Source: Gnetum montanum
Lineage: Eukaryota; Plantae; Gnetophyta
Reading direction: 5' to 3'
Assembly (NCBI GenBank): GCA_015680685.1
Contig: MNCI01003226.1
Coordinates: forward strand, 1-64,000
Length of the DNA: 64,000 nt
The translations under genes and the position numbers were made by a program. Under the pieces are notes generated by a model, which worked only from the letters and a program-made list of their open reading frames with translations, searched no databases and was not told the origin of the DNA. Shown here in pieces: positions 12,513-23,900 of this stretch (the stretch's first letter is position 1; each line of letters opens with the position of its first letter).

Positions 12513-14120
12513 GGCCATCCATGCTAACCATTACCATGGCCTCTCAGTTTTTCTACCCTTTTTGTTTTTCACATTTTTGATTTTACAAATTTTTGGTTTT
12601 CATATTTTTCTAATTTTATACCATTTTTAGTACATTTAAATTTTCTTGATTATTTTACACTTTTTTTATATATTTTTTACTTTATTTTGTTTCTTATGTT
12701 TCTTTTGATTAAGTGTGATATTTTCTCAATTTTGCTAATAAATCAACTTTATTGTTGCAGGACATAATGTTGCTGTTGTTGTTTACTAATGATGGTTTAT
12801 GCTTAATGTGTGATTGTCAATGCTTGATTTCTATTTTTGAATTCTAATGTCTATTGACTTTGACATGGTTTATTTTTCATGGGACAAGTAGTGAGTCTAC
12901 GTCATCCACCCATCCAAAGAACTCTATGGTTTTTCTTGTTTTGGGAATTTGAGGTCCCTTTTTCATTAAAGAAACTTTTAATCAATCAATGACCTTGGTA
13001 GTTCTAGAATTAGGAAGGATCCAAAGGTTTGTAAAGGGTGTGACTTCAAGGGGACTCAATACTCTTTGTACTCTACTTCTTACTTGAGTGCTTGAGTGTT
13101 TTTCGCGGACTTCTTACCATTCCATACCACCAATGATAGGAAGACAAATAATATCGTTGCATGGTGTGGTTCCCATCATTAAAAAAACGATGGGAATTCA
13201 AAGCACACCCCTTCAACATGAATAAGTCCTCACATGGTGTGGTTTCCATTTTCAGAAAAAAAAAATAAAACAAAACAATGGGAATTCAAAGCGCATTCCT
13301 TAGACAAATAAAATGGCTACAAGCACTGGTTATGGGACTCGAAAGACAGACACCTATGCCTGAAGGTCCCCTCTAACTAAGGCCCCCTCTCTCTCACTTC
13401 CTACTTTTCTCTCCTCTTTGTGGAACAATGGTTGTCTTATAGGGACACTTATTTCTTGAGTGGATGGATTTGTCTAAGAGTGATGATGCGAAGTCACTAA
13501 AAGTGGATGGTTTTGGTCTAGACTAAGGATGGAACTTCTCGGGTCATTTTAATCACACTTCCATAAGGGACTTCTTATGATCTTAATTTGGAACTCCATT
13601 TCACCTTCTCTATCATCCATCCATGCTGCCATAACTCACCTCACTGTTGGGTTCTATGTTATGCTCTATGTCTTAGTGTGACGTATTGGGATTCTTGAGT
13701 GGATTCTTTTGGGTTGGTCCTCAACTTGTCATGATCATTAAATTGACTATGGGGCCCATAGACTCCTTAATTGAGGTTATGCAAGGGCAAAAAGAGCATG
13801 AGCCTACTATGGGAAGGACCCACTTGCATGGCTTTTGGCTTGATTAGTTAAGGTTCCTTACCTTTGACATTGTTACAATCTTATATTTTGTATTTTCCAT
13901 TGTGTAAACTGCTTAGCACTCCTTAATATTTCATTGCATTCATCCAATAAATCAATTTTTCTCCATTTTTTCAAATTTATGAACTCTAACACCCTCTTCT
14001 CATGATTTCATACTATTCTTGGTTTTCTAAGATTTCATTTGATCCCAATTTCATAAAAAAATTCCTTGTATTTTGAAAGTTTGACCAAAGTCAATGAAAG
14101 TCAACAGTGGTTAACAGCTA

Positions 14121-14210
14121 TGTCGTCGAGGCCTTGTTGATGCAACTAACCCCATCGACGAGGCCCCATCATCAAGGCCTCATCAATGCAATACAAAAAT
14201 ACTATATATA
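14121..14210 (+). promoter_or_regulatory. putative E1 internal promoter: palindrome array plus TATA
   Basis: Five CGTCGACG-derived units spaced 14/18/14/14 bp, as in the E1 LTR, then CTATATATA. The equivalent is present in E2. Confidence 0.7.
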
Positions 14211-14665
14211 CCACCAAAAATTTTGGAATTTTTTGTCATTTGCTCATAACACATAGGGAATTTTTGTAGTTTTTTAGAGCCCAAAACCTTCCAAAGTCCA
14301 TAACTTTCAAGTCATTTGTCCAAATCACTCTATTTTTTGATCTTGCACCTATTGGAGGTAAGATCTTTATCGTGGGGGGCCACAAACCCTAAGGTTTTCA
14401 ATGCAATTTTTGAAAATGTTTCTAACTCCCCTAAGGGTTAGTAACTTTAATCATACATAAACATCAACTTTTTCCAAGTTAACCCTTCCAACAACCTCTA
14501 GGATGATTTATCAATGAGAAGGCATAAATAGAAATAATAATTAAGTTAATTAAATCAACCATAATCACAACTTAGCCAAGTGTAACTACCCTCAAAAGTT
14601 AAGATATCCCAATTTTTTTAAGGTTACACAATGATTGCTAATCCATGGTTCTATTGTGATTATAA

Positions 14666-17501
14666 ATGGCACCCAAACAAAAGCACTTGCAGGAAGGAGA
14701 ACCCTCACAACCATGGGAGAAACGACCAAGAGCTAGAAGGGGCCAACAAGAATAAGGCCAAGAACAACAAGAGGTGACCCATGCAATGGGACCTCTTCAT
14801 GAGGAGCCCAAAGTGGAATCTGTTTGACAGATTCCAAAAGAAGAAGTGCCTACAAAGTAATCTCAACGAGGAGAAGCACCTAGACCTATGCCTAGGCTTG
14901 AGATCACTTGAACTCAAGCCTACCTAGACATCATCAAGTCCCAAGAGATCCAAAGATCAATTCTTCAAGAAATAAACTTTGGGCCATTTTTGGAAAAAGC
15001 TCCAAAGGATGTCAGAACATAATTGCAAACCTCTCCCATGTGGCCAATCATCACGACCAATGGGGAATGGCACATGAAAGAGTCTTATCTCTTCTAGAAT
15101 AGCCAAAGGCTAGGGTCCATTGTAAAAATCAAGGACGTTCAAGTGTCCTACTAGGTGGAGGCCATTGCACAAGCATTGGGGTTGCCTGACATTGGAACAC
15201 AGCTAGCAAAAATATCAACAAAAGGTGACCCTAAGGCAAAAAGGGAGTGGACCCAATGATGTTATGGGATGAACCATAAGGAGTATGGCATGCTCACACC
15301 GGTGAAGCAAATTTATTTCAAGATTGTGACCTATCACCTAAATCCAACAGTGAGGCCAAGTAAGGTAACTACCTTCTTCGCTTGTGCATGTGCCACTCTA
15401 AGCGGGAAATTTTCCATTAACCTTCCACAATTGATTTATTTGGAGATTGAGAAGTATTTCACAGAGAAAAAATGTGGAAGGAGGACCCTACCCTTTCCAT
15501 GCCTTATAAGAAAAATTTGTAAGAGGGTAGGTATTATTCACTATTCCAATGACACTCTCAAGCATACTCCTTTGGCCTCATGGGCAAAAATCATGAAAAA
15601 CAAAACGTCAACAACCATCCAAGAAGAGGAGATGTTACCACCACCACCCACTTAGGAGACAACATCGGAGGCCTGCATGATCCTTGGGCATCTACAAAAT
15701 ATCTGAGAGTAGCTCTTGAGTGAACAAGAGCAGTAGCTAGAAACAAGTTGGGTGGATCCATCTATGTATTGGCTAGCAATGAGTCACCTTAATAAGGTGG
15801 CTTGAACAATTAGCCAGATGGAGAGGGATGGTTCCATTTTCTTTGCCCAAAGAATGTAGCTACCTTCAAGGTCGATCCCAATGCTTAGGAGGTGATGGTG
15901 TCATTAGCAACACATCATCTATTCCCAGAAATCTCTAGGAATGCTTCCACTTTCTCAGTGAAGTTAGAGGAAGGTGAAGAGGTAGTTGTCTTGGTGATGC
16001 AGCACCAAGGGTAAGAAACAATGGTAGAAGTGGTAGTTGACTATGTTGCTAAAGCATTGAATGCACCAGCAACATTTGTACCAAATGTATCTGCACTCCA
16101 AGATGTGCAAACATCTACAGGCACGATCAGCGAGAAATTGAACATAGCCCAACTTGGACAACTACTGGAACAACTGGTAGGAACCAGGCAATCAATTTTG
16201 GATATCTTTTATTTTTTGGAGAACATCACTGCAACCCAATCAGAGCTACTAAATGCAAGGGGAAAATGCATCATTTTGGAGGGACAACTAGAAATGACCC
16301 AAGAGCAAAATCAACACTTGATCATGGAGGTTGCTGAACTTCATGCCCAACTTGCAGTGTAAACAATCCTCAACCTAACAACGATAAGAGATGAAGCTAT
16401 CAAATAGCGTCAGGAATGATTTCAAAATGCTGAGGAGGAAGTAGTAATAGCCATCTTCAAACAGTCCATGGCAAAAGCTGAAATGCATTAAATTAAAAAG
16501 AACTTGAATTATATGTGCCAAGAAAATGAAGCATTAACTGCATAAAATCATCACCTGTGAAATGTTGATGCTTAAAGAGATCAAATGCAAGAATTTATTC
16601 ATCAACAATAGGAGCAGCTTGCCAGGGTAAACACTGAATTGAGAAAATTGGTTGCGGAGAACCAAAATTTATCAATGGAGGATGTACACACCTTATGACA
16701 AAAGTATACCATCGAAATCGTTGCCTGGAAAATTGAAGTTCTCAAGTTTGAGAGAGTAAAAAATCACTACAAGGACCAAGTTGGCTTGCAAAAAGAAATT
16801 AATGAAAAAGAAATCTAGATGGCAAAGGCTAAAGTAAATGAAGCCCTCTAGCAACTCCAGAACAGAAGAGAAATGTGGTAGCCCATCCTTGATGGGATTG
16901 ATGCCTACAACAAAGTAGAGATCTGCTTGAAGGAGTTACATATTGAAGAGATGATAGAGTACATGGAATTGGCCAATCTTCGTTATGCAAACCTGGCAAT
17001 GCTAATAGCCAAACAATCGGGGTCAAAATTGGAGAAGCAAGTGCCTAGCTCGTATCTACTATATGAGGCTAAGTTCAAACACTACAAGGACACCAAGCAA
17101 AAGCTTGAGACTGCTAATGTTGAACTTGACATCCTCAAAGGGCGATTCACAGATCAACGATCCATCATCGAGGACCTAGCCAAATGGATAAATGACTACC
17201 AGGAGCTAAAGAAAACAATGTGGGCATTCAACATTGAACGCAAATAGTTCATTGCCTAGTTTGTCAATGTCAAGGAGTTGTTTCCAACGATCCCGTTCCA
17301 ACCCACATTGGGAAAGCTATGTGGACGGTGCATGATCTTAGGAGTAAGGAGGAGAAAATGAAAGCACTACTGGATGCTTTTTGTCTCCCACCTAAAGTTG
17401 TAGTAGCAGCAAGACAACCATAGCCTCAACCACCCCCAATGTGTGGAGTCGGTGAAGGTTCCTTAGAACCTTAGGAACCACCACTGCATGGGACCGTTTG
17501 A
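14666..17501 (+). pseudogene. E1 accessory ('env-like') ORF: Athila/plant-transposon-protein-like domain plus long coiled coil, disrupted
   Basis: Starts MAPKQK. Contains AIAQALGLP...YHLNPTVRPSKV...INLPQLIYLEI...LPFPCLIRKICKRVG, then a Q/E/L-rich heptad region (YMELANLRYANLAML). Collinear with E2. Confidence 0.8.
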
Positions 17502-17750
17502 TCTTCTCCAACAAGCTTCACATCATCAAAGAACGTGTTGTCTAATTTTTGATGAGTTGTGTCATGGTGTTCAATTTTGTGTCTTGAACACCATCATTTT
17601 TGTAATGTGTTGATTCATACATGCGGGCACTCCATTTTTTGTCATGTCAGTCAAGTTTGTTTTGTTGAAAGAAAAGTCAATCAATAATCCCATACCTTTC
17701 CAATTTTGTAAAACAACTTGAGGATGAGTTTTTATTTAGTCATGGGGGTA

Positions 17751-18680
17751 TGATGAGTCGTCGTCGGTTGGCTGTGTTGACGAGGCCTCATCAACGTAGT
17801 TGACTGCATCGACGAGGCCTCATCTACGAGGCCCCATCGATGCATTTCGACCTACATTGACGATGTCTCGTCAACACGGTGTCTGTTTGTCGCTTATAAA
17901 TATAAGCCTACCCGTCACATTTATGGGGAGTCCAGATTTTAGTAGTAGCTTTTCCATTTGAAAGTTAGAATTTTTTCCTTGAGTGCCCATAGTAGGAGTC
18001 ATTGAATGCACGGATCTTTATTTGAGCATTGTTGTACCTAGGCACGATAGTGTGTGTGGCAATAAAGATGAGCTTTCTGATAAACCTTGTAGCACTTTGG
18101 ATAGATTTGCTCTTTTATTTATGCATTCAATGTTTTCAATTATTTGTTAATTATTCTTAATTATTTTGCAATTATTTTCCAGCAATTGAGTTAATGAGAT
18201 TATTAAGCTAGATAGATTAAATACAGAAGTGTGACCGCTTCGAGCATAACACATATTCACTTGGTAATCCCAGCAGCGTTATCACTTGGTATGCCCAGTA
18301 GCGTAGCATTTGGTTGCCCAGCAGTAGATACATGGGTTTAGGACATGTACGGAAAGTGAGAACAGATGCTTATGTTAGGATTAGTTAAATGATTAGTTAA
18401 TTAGTCATTTAAATTAGTTAATTAAACTCCTTTTTATCTACATTTCAAGCACCCACAATATAAAATACAAAATGATAAAAATCAGACGCCTCAGTTACAC
18501 TTAACCATACCGACGAACATCACAAGTGTAATTGGGAGGACAACGATTACCTTTAAGGTTAGATTCACTTCCTCAAGGGCTAGTGCACTAGAAACAATAA
18601 AGTTCGCAAAATTTGATCAAGTCGTGTGTGAACGCTTTGTGATTTGTATGGTTGTGCGTGGGGTACCTCATCGCTCATCA
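17751..18680 (+). repeat. E1 3' LTR
   Basis: Follows PPT CATGGGGGTA; repeat of the 5' LTR; followed by TSD ATGAT. Confidence 0.95.
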
Positions 18681-20942
18681 ATGATGAATATTTCAATGTC
18701 ATACATTAGAGCACATTAGACATAGATGGGATATTATAGTTGCAAATTTGGTTAATTTGTTTTAAATATTATTAAGAACACTTGGTAATTTTCTCAATGA
18801 TGTTTTTAAAACTTATAGCATGTATATTTCTACTATCCAATAAATCTAGAGGATCTACGAACATAATAAAATTTTAGCTCTAGTTTTATTAATTCTTCCA
18901 TTATGGATAGAATTACAAACTAATAATTTCTAGTGTTTCCCACCCTTACAAGCCTAAATTATCCACTTGGTTGCACATGCCCTTTCTTGATGACACAAGA
19001 GAGAAATAGCTAAGCCCAAGGAATATAGGTCTGTGACAAATATCCCAAGCAATTCTTCTAAAATTTTTAATGCTAATTTTTTCCATGATGTACCCTTAAC
19101 ATGATAATTAATAAGACCTTGCACTAGTATTTTCACAAAGAATGTTTTTATTCTTGTATTTCTTGTGTGTTAAAAAAAATGTTACATCTAGATTTACACG
19201 TTTAAATTATGGCCATGACTTGCCATGTTTAAAACATCATAAGATACATCCAAATTTACATGTTTAAATTTTGGCCATGACCTTTCCTTTTTAGAACATC
19301 TTAAGAAAGCTTATTCAACTTTTTAGGTTGATCATGTATTATTTGCCTAATTTTCTGTTTATGACTTGTTTTTATTATTAGATTGTTTCAAGAATTCCTT
19401 TGGCATAATTGCTCAAAGATACTTAAGGCTTTCATTCATCCACTAATTGTCTCAAGATCTTTAAATATAAGGTTTCCGATAATACAAGAATTCCTACCTT
19501 TTGGGCTTAAGTGATGGCTTATTTATCTGTTTAAGTTTACTTCAAATAAAAAATCATTACCTATAGGCTGAATGCTTCTCCTGCCAAAGCTAGATCCTAA
19601 AAGGATCTGTGAACAAGTAAAAGCGTAACCTATTTCCCAAGCTAAAGCCAACGTGTTATGACTTTATAAATAACCACTAAAATTAGTCTTTGCCAAATTT
19701 CATTCTCAGTAACTGTTTCATACATTCAAAGAGCTCGCGTATCAACGAAATCTAAATGCAAATTTTTACAACCACAGCAAATCGTACACGTTTAACTCTT
19801 TTGTCATAATCCTGCACTATTAAAAATATTAATCATTACAACTTTTCGTTGCAGCGACTTTATTTGCGGATGATTTCGTTTGTTTTTGATTAGACAATAA
19901 CACTTTCCGTTTCACGAGTATCTTTACCGCATAAATGATGTTAAATGATGATGGAATCCAATGTGAATTTCAACAACCACGTCATAACAAGGTTGAGACA
20001 GTATTTTATTATTGCCATCGAATTATTCCACCAACAGTAACAGCAGCAGCAGCATGGAAGTTTTGAGAGAACCCTGGGCTATCAGAAACGAATCTGCAAA
20101 AGTCACGTAGGACCGATAATACGATGAGGAGACTGTTTCTCTGTCTCATAGCCAAGGCGAGTGCTCCATAGCTGTCCGACATTTCGACATACAGTACTGC
20201 AAACGGGAATTTAATTTTCTTGTATATCGATCAGTGGCTGTTAATGGCATCATGGAAAATTTGAATGGACATTCCACCAACATGACGCAGTCCTACTTTT
20301 TTTTAATCTCCTGCTCTGCAGCAGAAGCCACCAACGTCCAGGACCATCTGTTTCCGACATGAACGTTACGGAACAGGCGAGAAGGAAAATACAGAACACG
20401 GAATTGCATTTAATGGCTGCAAAAATTTGCAGCCATCCAAAATACAAGGGTCGCTCTGTGGATTCCCGTTTCGCAACGTACAAATTGCGTGACAATCGAA
20501 GATTCCTTGTCAGGGGTCAAAAATGGCTTCATTCCCTCACAGTGCACAGAGGCGACTAAGCCAGGGACCACATTACCTCAAATTCAAAGCTCATGGCCGA
20601 GATTTCCACTTTTTTTCTTACTCAGAAATTCGTGGTAACAAAGCCAAAGCTGAAGCTCGCGAAATGGGTGCAGAAGCTGCAAAGTTAGCATCATTATCAT
20701 CATCTATGGACTTGACTTTGTTTTCAGCGATCGTGACAAAATGTTGGTGTAGTGTGTTCTATAAGAGGGATTTCGCTTTTCGGCTCTGGTTCTGGTCTGG
20801 ATCCCGTTGATTTTCTTGCAATAAAGATTTTTTTTTTACTGGTATTAGTTCGTTTACGGTAGCAAAGCCGCAAAGGAAGCTGAAATTTTAATGGACTGCT
20901 AGCACAAGCTCGTTGCAAGCTAGGCGTAGCACAGAAATAGCG

Positions 20943-23900
20943 ATGGAGCTTCTGCAGATGGTGTTTTGTGTTTGTTTGCTTCTTTTTCTCGCAGCGGCAG
21001 AGCCTCGCAGCAAGGTAAATCGGTACATAAAATTTTTCCTCGAAAAATTTCTATGCTCCACTCTGTTGCTTGAATATGAAACTATTACGTCCTAGACCCT
21101 CTGATCTATCGGACCGGCCATGTATTTGGAAAACATCGTTAAGAAAGCTTATTGAAAACTGAAGCTTCTAGTGTACTGGCCTGTTCTTGTGCAGTCTATT
21201 ACTTTCTGTCTGTGATTAAATCTTGGCGCGTTTTTCAGGTTCATATTGTCTACACAGAGCAAGTGCTGTATCAGAAGCTGAGTGACCATGATCATGTTCA
21301 TAGTGAGATGCTTGAAACAGTTCTCGGAAGGTATTTTTCTTGTAATTCTTCGAGTTTGTATTTTCGGGTTCTATTTAGAACAAATCATAGAAGAAATTTG
21401 CCAAATTTTTGATTGTCACAGCAAAACAGCAGCAGCCGAATCCTTATTGTACAGCTATAGACACAGTGTTTCAGGTTTTGCTGCTAAGCTCACCTGTCAA
21501 CAAGCCAGGCTCCTGGCAGGTAATTTAAGTTATAAAAACCTCTGGTCTGCAAATACAGGGAACCTGGTGTCTCATGGTATTTTTAAGGGTCTTGAAAATA
21601 ATTGTCAACATTAGTTACCACTTGTCTTGGCCAATATTTTTTCTTAAAAAATTTGTCTGCCAATGTTGCAAACAAAGTTGAGATCCCAGCTAACTGTTCT
21701 GCACTGTTCATGATGAAATGCAGGTATGGAAGGAGTGACATATGTCACGCCTAACAAGATTCTAAGTTTGCAAACCACACGCAGCTGGGACTTCCTGAAT
21801 ATGCATTCAACATTTACTAATTTGATCCGCAATGGCGCTGAAGAAGATGCTATATTGGGCGTCATTGACACAGGTTAGCTCGAAGAGTTACTGACCGTGT
21901 CTTTTGCAGTTGAGACGTTTTTGATGCTGAACGTTACAATGCTTCATGGTGCAGGAATATGGCCTGAATCTGAGAGTTTTAGTGACAGGCACATGGGGCC
22001 AATTCCAACCCGTTGGAAAGGAATTTGCCAAAACGGAGAGGCCTTTAATTCGTCACATTGCAACAGGTTGGTTCTGAATCTTCTGATATACTCTTTTGAT
22101 GGGGTTTGAAAATTCATGCTTTACCTCTAATGCACTGAATTCTTCTACTTAGCGATAGCATTTCTTCTCTGCCTTAATAGTGAGGTTGCTACTTCCATTT
22201 CCTACCCACCTTAATTTAGAGTGTAGTTCCTGGAACATCCTAAATTATTGACTATAGACATTACTGTAATTCACTGTGTACAAGAATTCTGTGCATATAC
22301 ATTGTTTTCTTCCATTTGTAGATAATGACTTGTTCATATATCATATTGTTGCATTAGGAAAATAATAGGTGCTAGATGGTATGTTCAAGCATATGAAGCT
22401 GAATTTGGGCCATTGAATAGAAGTGAGGTTCAAGAATTTTTATCTCCTCGGGATGCTTTGGGTCATGGAACTCACACAGCTTCAACAGCAGCTGGTCTGT
22501 TTGTACATAATGTGAGCTTCATGGGGCTTGCTACTGGGACAGCCAGAGGGGGTGCCCCTAAAGCCCGCATTGCAGTGTATAAAGCTTGTTGGGTTGACGG
22601 TGACTGCAGCTCTGCTGATATAATTGCTGCATTTGATGATGCTATTCACGATGGGGTGGATGTGATATCAGTATCTTTAGGATCACCACCTCCTCTGAGT
22701 GCATACTTTGATGATCCTGTAGCTGTTGGTTCATTTCATGCCATCAAGAAAGGAATCGCAGTTGTTTCTTCCGGTGGAAATTCTGGGCCTTTTGCACAAA
22801 CTATTATAAATACAGCTCCTTGGTTAATAACTGTGGCGGCAAGTACAATTGATCGCAGCTTCCCCACAGCCATCATTCTTGGCAACAACCTTACCTTAAA
22901 GGTAAGGAAATGATATCGCAAAATCTAAAGTTATTTAATCCAACTTTTCTGTGAATTCTGCACCTGTAAAACTGGCAGATGTTTTGTCTTGAAATGAATA
23001 AACTATGGGTTGATTTAATTTATTATCATTTTCGTATGTTTTATTCACAGGGTCAGTCTTTCAACATAAGAAATGATGCTCGCTTCCATGACATTGTTTA
23101 TGGAGAAGATATTGCCAATGCTGACACAAGTGCTGCTAAAGCAAGGTTTTTAAACTCTTTCTTTAATCCTCCTTCCTAACCATTATCTATTTTCCTATTG
23201 ATTTATTTCTAACACTATTATTACATGTACAGGACTTGTGATGAAGATTCTTTGAATGCAACATTAGCAAAAGGAAAGTATGTGTTATGCTTTCAATCTA
23301 AAGGGCAGAGACCAAGCAGTGTTGCTGCAACAACCGTATACAATGCTAAAGGGATTGGAGTCATCTTTGCTCAAATTTCTACAAAGACAATTGCTTCTTT
23401 GCCTTTCATACCTTGTGTACAAGTGGATTATGAAGTCGGTACCAAAATTCTCTTATATTTAAGATCAGCAAGGTGAGGAGGACGAAGGTGTTGAAGTGAA
23501 CAAGGACAATGCTTTGTTTCAAATTGATGGTTTTTTAAGGAAATGATCGAAACGGTTTGCCTTTCAGGTATCCGTTAGTGAAATTAACTTCTGCAGAAAC
23601 GGTTTTAGGAAAGGCATTTGCTCCAGAGGTTGCATACTTTTCATCTAGAGGACCTAGCTCTTTAACTCCATCGGTTTTAAAGGTAACTTTATCAAAATTT
23701 ATCTTGGTGAATGACCTATTACCTCTAAACATTATTTATAGTATTTCTTCCATTCCATCATGTTTTAATTTTACAAAGTTACTTTAAAAAATTATGGATC
23801 TTTTTTTGAAACATGCAGAAATGTAGTTTTGTATGAGAGGGTAAACATTAGCTACCTGATTTATGCGGCTTTGTTGATTCATGTAAATTTTGTCTTATGT

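Larger units (their letters stand above)
5332..12527 (+). pseudogene. E1 gag-pol pseudogene (Gag, aspartic protease, RT, RNase H, integrase)
   Basis: Motifs DHFPFPF, FLDSYSGYNQI, FMDDFS (RT); TDASNYA, KELMVVVHALEKFRHY (RNase H); WGVDFM, LISDNGTHF, TPYHPQAN (integrase). Many premature stops and frameshifts; interrupted by a solo LTR and an N gap. Confidence 0.93.
4250..18680 (+). mobile_element. E1: full-length, decayed Ty3/Gypsy Athila-type LTR retrotransposon with accessory 3' ORF
   Basis: LTRs 4250-5179 and 17751-18680 (both 930 bp, TGATGAG...CTCATCA). TSD ATGAT (4245-4249, 18681-18685). tRNA-Asp PBS, gag-PR-RT-RH-INT order, PPT. Confidence 0.96.

Noticed and set aside
14666-17501. Calling E1/E2 endogenous retroviruses with a true envelope
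   Set aside because: No signal peptide, transmembrane anchor or fusion motif is visible.
20250-20918. Cluster of short ORFs upstream of the subtilase
   Set aside because: No recognisable domain or exon structure; consistent with promoter/UTR DNA.
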